From positions 279 through 64,278 of the forward strand of contig CAYUUK010000005.1 of assembly GCA_964447905.1 (NCBI GenBank): a stretch of DNA of 64,000 nucleotides, written 5' to 3'. This document shows, piece by piece, positions 39,487 to 49,892 of the stretch; within the stretch, counting starts at the first letter, position 1, and each line of letters opens with the position of its first letter. Source of the DNA: an uncultured Pseudomonadales bacterium (GTDB lineage: Bacteria; Patescibacteriota; Microgenomatia; UBA1400; UBA1396). Below the pieces are notes generated by a model, which saw only the letters and a list, made by a program, of their open reading frames with translations, did not search any database and was not told where the DNA came from. Made by a program: the position numbers and the translations under genes.

Positions 39487-39559
39487 TGAGCCCGGAAGGA
39501 TTTGAACCTTCGACGCACAGCTTAAAAGGCTGTCGCTCTAACCCCTGAGCTACGGGCCC
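39487..39559 (-). tRNA. tRNA-Lys (TTT), followed by CCG rather than CCA
   Basis: GGGCCCG TA GCTC...ACAGC CTTTTAA GCTGT...GAAGG TTCAAAT CCTTC CGGGCTC A. Confidence 0.94.
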
Positions 39560-39634
39560 ATCTTATACTTCACGCGCATCTCACATGAGAAGTACATGAT
39601 ATTATATCATGCGATTCACCTGTACAATAGGAAT

Positions 39635-40813
39635 ATGGACAACAGCTCTCCTCTGGCACATTTGCTCCGCCCGACAACTTTGAATGAAGTAGTCGGACAG
39701 TTGCACCTCATTGGCGAAGATAAGCCGCTCCGCCGATTGGTAGAAAAGAACGATGTGTACTCCATGATTTTCTGGGGACCACCAGGTGTGGGAAAAACCA
39801 CACTGGCAAGAATTCTAGCCAAGGCGAGTAACCGACCATTTATTGAGCTCTCGGCTGTTTCTGCCTCGAAAGCTGATGTGCGGGCCGTAATCGAAGATGC
39901 TCGTGCTCCGCAAAAAATGCTTACACAAACACATGTGCCACCAGTACTTTTTCTCGACGAAATTCATCGTTTTACGAAAGCGCAGCAAGATTTTCTATTG
40001 CCCTACGTCGAAGACGGCACAATTATTCTCATTGGAGCTACTACCGAGAATCCCTCTTTTGAAGTAATTTCACCGCTTCTGTCGCGGATGCGAGTGTATG
40101 TACTCGAAGAGCTTTCTCTCTCAGATTTGGAAACATTAGCAAAAAAAGCCTTTCACAGTCTTGGGATTGAAGACCCAAATGATGATGTTGTCCGAGAGGC
40201 GATTCGGCAAGCGAACGGCGATGCCCGACAACTGCTCACACTCCTTGATCATGCCTGGCAAACCTATGGTGAGATTACCAGTGAACAGCTGGAAAGCATT
40301 GGCCACAACTTGGTTCGTTTTGACAAGAGCGGTGAACAACACTACGACACCATCAGTGCCTTTATCAAAAGCATGCGCGCCAGCAATGTGGATGCGGCAC
40401 TGTACTATTTGGCACGGCTGGTCCATGGTGGGGAAGACCCCAAGTTTATTGCTCGGAGAATGGTGATTTTTGCTAGCGAAGACATCGGTTTAGCGCAACC
40501 AACTGCCCTCGTGGTGGCGAACGCCGTTTTTGATGCAGTGCACAAAACAGGATACCCCGAGGCACAGATAACGCTCGCTCACGGTGCAGCGTATTTGGCG
40601 CAAGCCAAAAAAGATCGTTCAGCCTATGATGCGTATTTTGCGGCACTCAGAGATGTAGAGAGTACTGGAAACCTACCAATACCAAAAAAACTTCGTAATG
40701 CTCCTTCAAAGCTTATGAAAGAGCTGGGGTATGGTGAAGGATATGACATGTATCCAGAGCCAGGTGAAAGTTTATTGCCAGAAAAGTTACAGAAGAAACG
40801 ATACTTTTCGTAG
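39635..40813 (+). CDS. rarA: Replication-associated recombination protein A
   Basis: [41 protein letters not shown]. Confidence 0.94.
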   Translation: MDNSSPLAHLLRPTTLNEVVGQLHLIGEDKPLRRLVEKNDVYSMIFWGPPGVGKTTLARILAKASNRPFIELSAVSASKADVRAVIEDARAPQKMLTQTHVPPVLFLDEIHRFTKAQQDFLLPYVEDGTIILIGATTENPSFEVISPLLSRMRVYVLEELSLSDLETLAKKAFHSLGIEDPNDDVVREAIRQANGDARQLLTLLDHAWQTYGEITSEQLESIGHNLVRFDKSGEQHYDTISAFIKSMRASNVDAALYYLARLVHGGEDPKFIARRMVIFASEDIGLAQPTALVVANAVFDAVHKTGYPEAQITLAHGAAYLAQAKKDRSAYDAYFAALRDVESTGNLPIPKKLRNAPSKLMKELGYGEGYDMYPEPGESLLPEKLQKKRYFS

Positions 40814-40853
40814 AAATCTTTCCAGATACTTGATCCTATGCTACAGTGCTTGC

Positions 40854-41318
40854 ATGAAACAAACGTTTATTCTCACTACAGTACTTATGAGCGGCTTTTT
40901 GTTTGCTGGCTGTAGCATCACCACATCTGATACCATACCAACACAAAACACCGAGGACACTTCTATGCAAGAATCAACTCAACCCGAAATCAATGAACTG
41001 ATCATTGAGGACATCACTACCGGTGAAGGTCAAACAGCCGAGGCCGGAGACATGGTGACGGTGCACTATACCGGCACACTCATGGATGGCACTGTTTTTG
41101 ACTCTTCACACAATCGCAACACTCCGTTTACCTTTGAACTCGGAGCCGGCCAAGTGATTGAAGGCTGGGACCAAGGTGTGCAAGGTATGCAAGAAGGTGG
41201 TACTCGTAAATTAACTATTCCATCTGACATGGCTTACGGCGAGCGAGGTGTTCCTGGTGCTATCCCACCAAGCGCACCGCTGGTCTTTGAGGTTGAGCTT
41301 TTAGAAGTTGAAAAATAA
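40854..41318 (+). CDS. FKBP-type peptidyl-prolyl isomerase, lipoprotein-like
   Basis: FAGC lipobox, VHYTG, FDSS, VIEGWD, AYG, LVFEVEL. Confidence 0.93.
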   Translation: MKQTFILTTVLMSGFLFAGCSITTSDTIPTQNTEDTSMQESTQPEINELIIEDITTGEGQTAEAGDMVTVHYTGTLMDGTVFDSSHNRNTPFTFELGAGQVIEGWDQGVQGMQEGGTRKLTIPSDMAYGERGVPGAIPPSAPLVFEVELLEVEK

Positions 41319-41320
41319 CT

Positions 41321-43831
41321 CTAGAGTACTGATTGAATCAATTTACTGGCTTGTGCGGTAGCATACAGATTTTCTAACGAGTAAGTGCTTGATTCTAGAG
41401 TGCTGTTCAAGTGCAATATTCTCTGATAATCCTCTAGTGTAAGGGGTTGGATATCGAGGAGTGCTTCTTTTTCTGACTGAATTTGCTCAATTTTTTCCTC
41501 TAGTTGAATACTTCTTTGAACTAAATGTGTGTCTAATTTTTGCAGTACTGTAGTGAGCTGACCTTTGAAAGCAGTCACCGCCTCTGGGTATTCCTCAGAA
41601 TGAAGAATTGAGTATGGTGACGTAGCAGTTTTTTCTCCGAGAAGTGCAAGAAGTGTGTTTTTACATTCTTCTGCTGAGAGAATTGATGATTCACGAGTAT
41701 CCTCAATTTTCCCACTTGCTAAAGTTGCTGCTGTCTTTGCCAGAACTGCGTGTATATGAGAAAGATCAGTAATATACGATGATTGAATGAGCTTCTGAAG
41801 TTTCTCTGGCTGTACAGTGTCACTGAGCATGTCGAAAATGTGTTCTAAAATTTTGCGAACGGTTGGAGTAGCAAGAACTCCACTGAAATCTTCTCTAATT
41901 TCCTTTTTTACTTCTTTTTCTGTTTTTCTTCGTTTTGCAACAGTACGAACTATGAGTGCTGCAGCAAATAAACCTGATGAAGCAACCAGATCAACTGGAG
42001 AACCTTCAGCATTGCTCGGTGGCCTCATCTCAAGCATAGACAAGTCTTCTCCCGGATTCGGCGTATATGGTGTGGCATCAAAGTATAAAAAGTGACCATT
42101 GGGGAGATGCATGACACCATTGAGATGTCCTACTCGGCTGTAAAGGCCGTTACCGTATTGGGCGTAGTGAGAACCTGTTTGCATGTATACGCGTACGTCA
42201 AAAGGAGCAAAAAAGTCGTCAACAATTTGATTTGCGATAGTGCAATAAAATGCTGGTAAGCCATATATGCTGTTGTAGCCATATCCAGCTAAGATGGGGT
42301 AGCGTGTAGCAATATCTGGATGCTCATAGAGTAAGCTATAAAAATGCTCAGATTGTATAAAGTTGACAAGCTCAATTAAGCTACTTTGAACTATCTCAGA
42401 GTAGCGGTCGTGATACTCAGTGACAGTCATAGGTGAGCTTGTGCCTTGAGAAGTTCTCCAGTCTTGATACAGCTGTTCTAATTGATTGTGCACTTCTTGG
42501 TGCATGGACATAATTTCTGGTGCACTAGCGAGAACTTCATAGAGTTCAGCGAGAGCTTCACGCTCTTCAAGGGTCTCGAAGGCGGATGAAAATATACCTG
42601 AATTTGGCGTGTACCGAGAACCATATGTTCCAAGATACTCTATTATCGCTGGAGCGATTGTGTGACCACGATCTGGTCTGGCAACGACCAACACTTCTGG
42701 TGAAGTAGTAACGTTTGAAGCGAGAGCAAGATTTCCGGGACCTGGTAAGAACAGCTGCATACCGGTGGCTTCATTTGTGAGAGGTACTATTTCTCGCTCT
42801 GATTCCACGAAAATTTGAGCGATATAGTATCCAACCGGAGGAAATATATTGCTTGATCGGGCAGTACTTCTGAAGGGCGAGTACACCCACTCATCTGGTT
42901 GAGGAGAGTATGTTTCCGCTGATATTTCTTCTACATACGTAATCTTTGATTCAGGAAAAGGAAGATAAGGTTCGGCTTCCTCACCAGCCTGGCGGTTGTA
43001 CCACATATCTGGAAAAAAGCCTAAGTATGTGCCGGAATCTGCAGAAGCAAGCGATTCTGGCACATGGTAGAGATCTGCGCGTCGGACAGTTGGTTGGCTC
43101 CTTAGAGCCTCTCTATCGAGTTCTCTAAGGATATCATCATATATTTCAGCACTTGATGGGGGTTCTTCAGCCTCACCATTTCTACTGGCGCCGAATATCA
43201 TTACACCACTTGCGAGTATCGTGAAGAAAATCATTAAGTAGATTACATAACGAAATTTTTTCCGGAGAAAATCATGTTCACTTTTTACAAAATCTCTTGT
43301 TTCAGAAATTTCTTTTTCAAATTCAGCTCCGAGAACTCCCATTTCCTTGATTCTTTTTTGGATAACATGATCTTTTGCGTGTGTACTTAATAAGTAGTGC
43401 GTGCCTCCCAATAGAAGTAATGATGTGAGGGCGCTTGACATATCTTGTCTACTATCAAGTATTTTAATGGCGCTCTCAATGCTTGAGAGTTCAAAGACAA
43501 CATATAAAGCAACGAGGAGGGCAGCTGTTGTTACAGTACCCGCAGAAGAAGAATGTGTCGCATATTCCGAGCGATCAGTGTCTCTTGTGACTTCTAAGAC
43601 GTCAGAGATAGGCGCATTTAACGCCATTTGATTATTTAAACCATAAAGGCCATAGATTCTGGGAGTGAAAAACTGTTCTAAGAACTCCATCTGTCTATAT
43701 CGCTCACGAACAAACGCAATTATCTCTTCAGATTTTTGGCTGGTAAACCCAGAAGAAAGAGGTAGTTTGTGAAGAACTTTTCGAGCTTTCTCAGATTGGT
43801 CAATCGAATCAATAGTTCCAATTCGCGACAT
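41321..43831 (-). CDS. Membrane protein with transglutaminase-like Cys-His-Asp domain (possibly the 3' part of a frameshifted gene)
   Basis: FYCTIAN...GHLNG...YFDATP; TMs on both sides. Confidence 0.65.
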   Translation of the reverse strand: MSRIGTIDSIDQSEKARKVLHKLPLSSGFTSQKSEEIIAFVRERYRQMEFLEQFFTPRIYGLYGLNNQMALNAPISDVLEVTRDTDRSEYATHSSSAGTVTTAALLVALYVVFELSSIESAIKILDSRQDMSSALTSLLLLGGTHYLLSTHAKDHVIQKRIKEMGVLGAEFEKEISETRDFVKSEHDFLRKKFRYVIYLMIFFTILASGVMIFGASRNGEAEEPPSSAEIYDDILRELDREALRSQPTVRRADLYHVPESLASADSGTYLGFFPDMWYNRQAGEEAEPYLPFPESKITYVEEISAETYSPQPDEWVYSPFRSTARSSNIFPPVGYYIAQIFVESEREIVPLTNEATGMQLFLPGPGNLALASNVTTSPEVLVVARPDRGHTIAPAIIEYLGTYGSRYTPNSGIFSSAFETLEEREALAELYEVLASAPEIMSMHQEVHNQLEQLYQDWRTSQGTSSPMTVTEYHDRYSEIVQSSLIELVNFIQSEHFYSLLYEHPDIATRYPILAGYGYNSIYGLPAFYCTIANQIVDDFFAPFDVRVYMQTGSHYAQYGNGLYSRVGHLNGVMHLPNGHFLYFDATPYTPNPGEDLSMLEMRPPSNAEGSPVDLVASSGLFAAALIVRTVAKRRKTEKEVKKEIREDFSGVLATPTVRKILEHIFDMLSDTVQPEKLQKLIQSSYITDLSHIHAVLAKTAATLASGKIEDTRESSILSAEECKNTLLALLGEKTATSPYSILHSEEYPEAVTAFKGQLTTVLQKLDTHLVQRSIQLEEKIEQIQSEKEALLDIQPLTLEDYQRILHLNSTLESSTYSLENLYATAQASKLIQSVL

Positions 43832-45339
43832 ACCTTCATCCGGAGGAGTTTCGTATGGCGTTTTTTTGAGTGGTGTTTCTGAATATCCGGTTGAATTATT
43901 TTGCTCACAATCTGCAAAAACAGGTTTTTTCGCGGAGACGGAACTCCTACCGTAGCGAGAGAAAAAGCTACTAGGCTAACTTTTTCGGTAGCTGATAGGG
44001 AAAACCACGTGGGCCCAAAAAGCTGAGTGATCCACCTAGAGTTTTGTGCTTCAAAAAGTGATTGGAGTTTTTCCGAGAGATGATCGTAGTTTAGTGAAGC
44101 TTTGCCATGTTCACTAGCACGAGAGGTGATGAATGCCTCATAGAGAAGCGGGCTCAAGGTATGGAGTTTTTTCCACGGATCACTTAATCGCTGTCTCTCA
44201 TTGAGAATTGGTTGGCGCAATGGGTCATAATTCTCTAGTATTGCATCTAAAGCTCGGTACTGATTTCGCCGTAGTTGCAGTGTTTTTTGTCGGATTTCGG
44301 CTTGAAGTTTTCGTTCTTGTTCAACTACTTGATCCCGGATTTCCTGCCATGGATGAGCGCTATCTGCTCTTGCGGCAATGCGACTTCCATGGGCTATGAG
44401 AGCAGCATTTCCACCTGTTACAGCTCGTGAATCTAAGGGGATTTTTGTTCTTGCTTTAGTGATTTGATCAGTGCTAAAAATACCTTGAGGAATGGGAAGT
44501 TGTTGCAGTTGTGATTCTCCTAGATAGGCTGGTAAGAAAAAATCGGTCCAGTATTGAGAAATGAGAGCATTGTTCCTACTTTCTTGGCGCGTACCATTTT
44601 TTTTAATCAGTTCTCGAACGACTGGTGGTATAAATTCATGAGGAGCATTTTTGTTCAGTGCAGCTAGGTAGTAGGGAGCGTGCTGATTTGTGGCAGAAAA
44701 ATACCCATACAAATAACCAAAAATACAAATGGATTCTATAAATGTTTTACTGCTTTTTGTATTCCCATTGCAATATGCCTGAAGATTTGCCTCAAAATTT
44801 CTAAATACCTCCTGGGTGTACCAGTAAGAAAGGGGGTTGAGCATTTCTCTCGGCATAATTCGAGAAGTAGTTTCTTTCTTCATAAATTTAAGAGTGTTCG
44901 AGATATCATTACTGAAAGAAACGTAGCAGTATGAAAAAAGTAGTTCTTGTTGATCTTTACTGACCTCTTGATCAGGTAAGTGGTGGGAAATTATTTTTAT
45001 GAGAGCTGGTCGTAAGATACTTAAGATAGTTTCTATTGGTATTTTTTCAATTTCTTTATCAGTAAAAGTATTGTGTGGTAGTTTTTTCAGTATGTAGCGG
45101 AAAACGAGACGAGCTTTGGTAGGTGCTTTATTGGTGTATTGGTAGAGTACATTGATGCACTCGTCGAGTGACATGAGACTCACCCTCTTTAAGAAGTATT
45201 CTTCGAACTGTGAAGTGAGCAGCGCACGAAACAAAGGATTATCTAGTGTCTGCAACGGTATTTCGCTTGCTAGATCTCGCGGTTTTTTCTCTTTTTTACC
45301 GAGTAAAGAGCTGATGATGTTTTCACGTATTCTAGCCAT
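43720..45339 (-). CDS. Hypothetical protein (possibly the 5' part of the same gene)
   Basis: 539-aa ORF; TATACT 7 nt before ATG; 112-nt overlap with the next ORF. Confidence 0.6.
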   Translation of the reverse strand: MARIRENIISSLLGKKEKKPRDLASEIPLQTLDNPLFRALLTSQFEEYFLKRVSLMSLDECINVLYQYTNKAPTKARLVFRYILKKLPHNTFTDKEIEKIPIETILSILRPALIKIISHHLPDQEVSKDQQELLFSYCYVSFSNDISNTLKFMKKETTSRIMPREMLNPLSYWYTQEVFRNFEANLQAYCNGNTKSSKTFIESICIFGYLYGYFSATNQHAPYYLAALNKNAPHEFIPPVVRELIKKNGTRQESRNNALISQYWTDFFLPAYLGESQLQQLPIPQGIFSTDQITKARTKIPLDSRAVTGGNAALIAHGSRIAARADSAHPWQEIRDQVVEQERKLQAEIRQKTLQLRRNQYRALDAILENYDPLRQPILNERQRLSDPWKKLHTLSPLLYEAFITSRASEHGKASLNYDHLSEKLQSLFEAQNSRWITQLFGPTWFSLSATEKVSLVAFSLATVGVPSPRKNLFLQIVSKIIQPDIQKHHSKKRHTKLLRMKVCRELELLIRLTNLRKLEKFFTNYLFLLGLPAKNLKR

Positions 45340-45432
45340 TTCTTCTAGTATAGGTAATCACGCTTCTCTTTGCTTCTACACTTTTTCGTCGTAGGATATG
45401 AAGAGTCCCAATCAAATTGAAAGGATCACTCT

Positions 45433-46710
45433 ATGGCATCTACGACGATTCAGTCCATCCAAGCACTAGAAGTACTTGCGTCTGGCGGATATCCCACCGT
45501 TGAGGCGCAGGTAACGCTTTCGACTGGAGTTTCAGCGCGAGCATCTGTGCCGTATGGAGCTTCGGCTGGTTCGCATGAGGCCTCTGTTCTTACGGACGGT
45601 GATGAGCGCTATCAAGGCAAAGGCATGCTTGGTGTGGTACACACCATTGAAGAGGACATTGCGCCAGAGCTCATCGGAAAAGACGTTTTTGATCAGCAAG
45701 CCATCGACCAACTCATGATTGATCTCGACGGCACTGCCAATAAGTCTCGGCTCGGCGGAAACGCGATTCTTGCTGTTTCTCTGGCTGCTGCCCGCGCTGC
45801 CGCACTGCAGGCAAAAAAACCTCTCTATCAGTATGTGGCAGAGCAGTTTTCTACAGGTTTAGACCTTACATCTGCTGAGCAGTTACCGCAGCCAATGGTA
45901 GTTGCCATAGAAGGCGGTAAGCACGCTGATAACACTACAGATTTACAAGAGTACTGTTTGTCGAGTATTGAATCTATCGCCCCTTCTGAGTCGGTGCGAA
46001 AGGTGCTGGAGTCGTATCACCAACTCAAGAAAATTCTGCAAAAAGAAGGCCTCTCTACCAATGTTGGTAACGAAGGTGCCTTTGCTCCCAACGGCATTGC
46101 CACCAATGAAGCGCCATTTGGGTACTTGGTGCGGTCGATAGAACAAGCTGGGTATACACCAGGAAAAGAGATAGGCATCTCGATTGATGCCGCGGCGAGT
46201 GAGTTCTATGAAAATGGGCAGTACGTGTTAGCGGTGGAGAATCGTACGTTGTCGGCGAGTGAGTTAGCAGCGTATTACGAGAGTTGGCTGGAAAAGTATC
46301 CAATCGCCACGCTCGAAGACATGTTCCATGAGGACGATTGGGAGGCCTGGATTCAATTCCTTCCTACTGCACAGAAATTTGGCGTACCGCATATCGGTGA
46401 CGACCTGACTGTGACCAACGTAGAGCGCTTGCAGCGAGCCATCAATGAGCGAGCTATTTCAGCAATTCTCATTAAATTGAATCAGATTGGTTCCCTTACT
46501 GAGACCGTGCAAACATGTATGCTGGCCAAAAAGCATGGACTTATGACCACAACCTCTCATCGTGGTGGTGGAGAAACGAATGACACTGCCATGGTGGATG
46601 TAGCGGTGGCAGTTGGCAGTCGCTTTATCAAATTTGGGCCGACTCGTGGAGAGCGGGTGAGCAAGTACAATCGCTTACTTCACATTGAACATGAGCTAAA
46701 AAACGCATAA
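45433..46710 (+). CDS. eno: Enolase (divergent)
   Basis: GASAGSHEA, DAAASEF, GDDLTVTN, LIKLNQIGSLTE, SHR, KYNRLL. Confidence 0.92.
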   Translation: MASTTIQSIQALEVLASGGYPTVEAQVTLSTGVSARASVPYGASAGSHEASVLTDGDERYQGKGMLGVVHTIEEDIAPELIGKDVFDQQAIDQLMIDLDGTANKSRLGGNAILAVSLAAARAAALQAKKPLYQYVAEQFSTGLDLTSAEQLPQPMVVAIEGGKHADNTTDLQEYCLSSIESIAPSESVRKVLESYHQLKKILQKEGLSTNVGNEGAFAPNGIATNEAPFGYLVRSIEQAGYTPGKEIGISIDAAASEFYENGQYVLAVENRTLSASELAAYYESWLEKYPIATLEDMFHEDDWEAWIQFLPTAQKFGVPHIGDDLTVTNVERLQRAINERAISAILIKLNQIGSLTETVQTCMLAKKHGLMTTTSHRGGGETNDTAMVDVAVAVGSRFIKFGPTRGERVSKYNRLLHIEHELKNA

Positions 46711-46739
46711 TTGACAACGTTTTTTACTCGATGTGAGGG

Positions 46740-46794
46740 TTGCAGCTGTTTCGAAAAGACCGTAAGATGAGAGTGCTCATAAAAAGGTAAGGAG
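46740..46794 (+). promoter_or_regulatory. Sigma70-like promoter and SD for the 46801 gene
   Basis: TTGCAG (46740)-17 nt-TAAGAT (46763); AAGGAG before ATG. Confidence 0.5.
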
Positions 46795-46800
46795 TGCGTT

Positions 46801-47508
46801 ATGCGCAGACTTTCACGACGAGCCGTTTGGGCGAGTTCCCTGGCATTACTGATTGTAATGTCCTACATCGGAACCGCACAGGCGCACGTTTTGACTACGA
46901 TGAGTAGTCAGGTTCCCCCACAAACAAGCGAAAATCGTCTCCTCGCACAAGGTTCACCTGCGGAATCCCGCGTGGAACAGCGCGAGGCAACTCGACAGCA
47001 GCTCAATGACTCACAAGATGCGCGGCAAGAAAACCGGGCCATCAGAGTGGATGAGCTCCAAGAGATGCGCGATGAAGCCAAGGAAAGAGTTGCTGAGCAG
47101 CGCGAAGACCGGCAAAATACTCGCCAAGAACGCCGCGATTTTATTACTGAGCAACACGCCGATAGATTAGAGTATCGCTTCGGCGTCTACAGTGATCGAC
47201 TCAGCGATATTATTGTTCGACTGGATGCGAAGCTCACTGAGCTTGAAGCTGCTGGCTCACCCGTTGATGCCGAAAAGGCACAACTGGAAGCCGCAAAAGA
47301 CCTGCTGGTAGACGCTGATAATGCCGCTGCAGATGCGATCGTTCGCTTCTTGGCAATTGAACCGGCTGAGTATGAAACCCAGCGAGCCCAAGCGCTCGAG
47401 GCCAGAGATCTTGCGCAAACAGCGCGTGGTCAGTATGCCGCGGTCAGAATGAGTTTGCAGGAGATCATTCGTTCTCTCAAAGCACAAATGGCAAGGAGTG
47501 AATCATGA
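46801..47508 (+). CDS. Secreted coiled-coil hypothetical protein
   Basis: Signal peptide (AQA/H); E/R/Q-rich helices. Confidence 0.75.
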   Translation: MRRLSRRAVWASSLALLIVMSYIGTAQAHVLTTMSSQVPPQTSENRLLAQGSPAESRVEQREATRQQLNDSQDARQENRAIRVDELQEMRDEAKERVAEQREDRQNTRQERRDFITEQHADRLEYRFGVYSDRLSDIIVRLDAKLTELEAAGSPVDAEKAQLEAAKDLLVDADNAAADAIVRFLAIEPAEYETQRAQALEARDLAQTARGQYAAVRMSLQEIIRSLKAQMARSES

Positions 47509-47780
47509 ATATGACCAGTTGGAGACGATATCTCGCAGTAGCAGTACTCGTTTTTGCTCTCATTTTAGGTACGGGTCTTCTATACTCACAGCGCGCCAAT
47601 GCTCCAGTACAACCACCTAGAGGCAATTCGCAAGAGTTTAGCCAAATGGATATGTACCAAACTTCTGAGCCAGCGGACGAAAACCTCAACAGAGAACTCT
47701 CTAGTGAGACCGACCTAGAAGCTCTTGAGCAAGACCTGCAAAACACAGTCATTCTTGACGAAGACTTCAGCGACCTCTAG
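47505..47780 (+). CDS. Small membrane-anchored acidic protein
   Basis: ATGA overlap, AAGGAG SD, one TM, acidic tail. Confidence 0.7.
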   Translation: MNMTSWRRYLAVAVLVFALILGTGLLYSQRANAPVQPPRGNSQEFSQMDMYQTSEPADENLNRELSSETDLEALEQDLQNTVILDEDFSDL

Positions 47781-47789
47781 ACTTTGAGC

Positions 47790-48368
47790 ATGGCACATCT
47801 TGTACTGATCCGTCACGGCAAAACTGAGTTTAATCAACAGCCAAAGCGCTTTACTGGTTTTACAGACGTCTCTATTTCTAAAGAGGGCACGGTAGATGCG
47901 CAGATTGTCGGTCAAAAGTTGAAAAAAACTGGGATACAGTTTGCAGCCGCGTACACTTCTTGGTTACAGCGAGCCTGGCAGACCCTCGATATCGTGCTCC
48001 CGATTATTGGTCAAGGCGATTTGGAGGTTATTAAGCATCCGTTCCTCAATGAGCGTCATTACGGAGATCTGCAGACCCACTACCATACCGAGATGATCGG
48101 TAAGTTCGGCGAAGAACAGGTCCAGACATGGCGGAGAAGCTATGCTGTTCGTCCTCCTGGCGGTGAGAGTTTAGAGGATGTGGTGTATCGGGCAAGTCAC
48201 TATCTAGAAACAGAGATTCTCCCTCGTGTTAAAAACGGCGAAAATATCCTTATTTCAGCGCACGGAAACTCAATTCGCGCCATTATTAAGTACCTTGATG
48301 GTGTTTCAGACAAAGAGATTGTTGGCCGGGAAATTGAGTATACAGTTCCGTTATTCTACGAGTTCTGA
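47790..48368 (+). CDS. gpmA: 2,3-BPG-dependent phosphoglycerate mutase
   Basis: LIRHG, FTGFTDV, LNERHYGDLQ, WRRSY, GESL, AHGNS. Confidence 0.92.
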   Translation: MAHLVLIRHGKTEFNQQPKRFTGFTDVSISKEGTVDAQIVGQKLKKTGIQFAAAYTSWLQRAWQTLDIVLPIIGQGDLEVIKHPFLNERHYGDLQTHYHTEMIGKFGEEQVQTWRRSYAVRPPGGESLEDVVYRASHYLETEILPRVKNGENILISAHGNSIRAIIKYLDGVSDKEIVGREIEYTVPLFYEF

Positions 48369-48408
48369 GTCTGCTTGTCTTGTTGTGCGGCCACTGATTT
48401 TGTTGAGT

Positions 48409-49848
48409 TTACTTAAGTTCGTTTGCGCTATTGAGGAATCGCTCTGTAACTCTCTCTTTCCCAATTGCCTGAATCGTCTCAAAGAGCGGCGGTGTGGCTT
48501 TTCTGCCGGTGGCCGCTAAACGAAGCATCATGAAGTATTGGCCCTTTTTCCAGTCATGAGCTTCCTGGAGTTCGCGAATAGCGGTTTCGATGGCTTCGTG
48601 TTGCCAGTCAGTAATCGTTTGCAGAGCTTCTACCGTTTTATGGAGCTGTTCGGCCACGAGCTCTGGCGTAGCGCCTTTTTTCAGCAGTTGATCAGAGTCA
48701 ACGGTTATATCCTGGTAAAAGAAATCAGTTAACTCAGTAAAGTCGCGAAGTGTAGTCATGCGATCGAGCACGAGCGGGAGATAGAGCGGAATGTTTTCTA
48801 CTGGATAGTCTTCTGGTAAGTAGGCCCGAATACGTTCGGCTACTTCTTCCAAGGACAGGATCTCGCGTAGGTACTTTCCGTTCATCCAGTTGAGCTTTTC
48901 CAAATCAAAAACCGGTCCGGTTTTTTGCATTCGCTGCATGTCAAAAACATCCACAAACTCTTCGAGCGATATAGGAAACTCTTTATTTTCAGGATGTGAC
49001 CAGCCTAGCAGCATTAAGAAATTAAGCAGTGCCTCTGGCAAGTATCCCTTTTCTTTGTAGCTGACAATAGAAACATCATTTTTTCGCTTCGAGAGCTTTG
49101 ATTTATCGGTGTTTCTCAGCAGCGGCATATGAGCGTACTCAGGGAGATCGAATCCCAAGGCCTTGAAGAGAATACTATGCTTTGGGGTGGAGCTAATCCA
49201 TTCTTCGCCACGCAGCACGTGTGTGATGCCCATAAGATGATCGTCCACCACGACGGCCATGTGGTAGGTGGGAAAACCATCAGATTTGAGTAAGACTTGG
49301 TCATCAATCTGCGCATGGTCAATCTCCACTTCACCGCGGATGAGGTCGGTCCATTGCGTTTTTCCTTCTGGAACACGCAAGCGAACAACATACTCTTCAC
49401 CCTGAGCGACCTTTGCTTTGGCCTCTTCTAATGAGTAGGTATGTAAGCAGTGGCGATCATATTTTGGAGGTTGTTTGGCTGCCTGTTGCGCGGCGCGCAT
49501 ATCAGCGAGTCTTTCGGAAGAACAGAAACAGTAGTAGGCGTCACCTTGCTCTATAAGTTGGTCAACGTACTTTTTGTATGTCTCGAGCCGTTCGGATTGG
49601 CGGTATGGTCCGTACTCTCCAGCACGCTGCACACTTTCATCAGGAGTAATTCCAGCCCATGAAAGCGCCTCAAAAATGACTTCTTCCGCACCTTCAACAA
49701 AGCGATTCCTGTCTGTATCCTCGATACGAACAATAAACTCACCATTCTGTTGTTTCGCAAATGCGTAGTTAAACAGAGCAATATACAAAGTACCGACATG
49801 GGCAATTCCAGTTGGGGAGGGAGCGATACGAGTACGGATATGGTTCAT
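48409..49848 (-). CDS. gltX: Glutamate--tRNA ligase
   Basis: RIAPSPTG, HVG, RIEDTD, RGEEW, KLSKR. Confidence 0.96.
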   Translation of the reverse strand: MNHIRTRIAPSPTGIAHVGTLYIALFNYAFAKQQNGEFIVRIEDTDRNRFVEGAEEVIFEALSWAGITPDESVQRAGEYGPYRQSERLETYKKYVDQLIEQGDAYYCFCSSERLADMRAAQQAAKQPPKYDRHCLHTYSLEEAKAKVAQGEEYVVRLRVPEGKTQWTDLIRGEVEIDHAQIDDQVLLKSDGFPTYHMAVVVDDHLMGITHVLRGEEWISSTPKHSILFKALGFDLPEYAHMPLLRNTDKSKLSKRKNDVSIVSYKEKGYLPEALLNFLMLLGWSHPENKEFPISLEEFVDVFDMQRMQKTGPVFDLEKLNWMNGKYLREILSLEEVAERIRAYLPEDYPVENIPLYLPLVLDRMTTLRDFTELTDFFYQDITVDSDQLLKKGATPELVAEQLHKTVEALQTITDWQHEAIETAIRELQEAHDWKKGQYFMMLRLAATGRKATPPLFETIQAIGKERVTERFLNSANELK

Positions 49849-49892
49849 AGCGGTATTATACGTCATTGAGGGCCTGGCCCTTAGGCCTATAA

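Noticed and set aside
38000-39560. Integrated element at tRNA-Lys with an att duplication
   Set aside because: No integrase and no repeat of the tRNA 3' end found by eye.
38116-45339. Similar starts MALRIGEII, MARIRENII, MSRIGTID as a shared export signal
   Set aside because: Too short, and the third is probably internal to a frameshifted gene.
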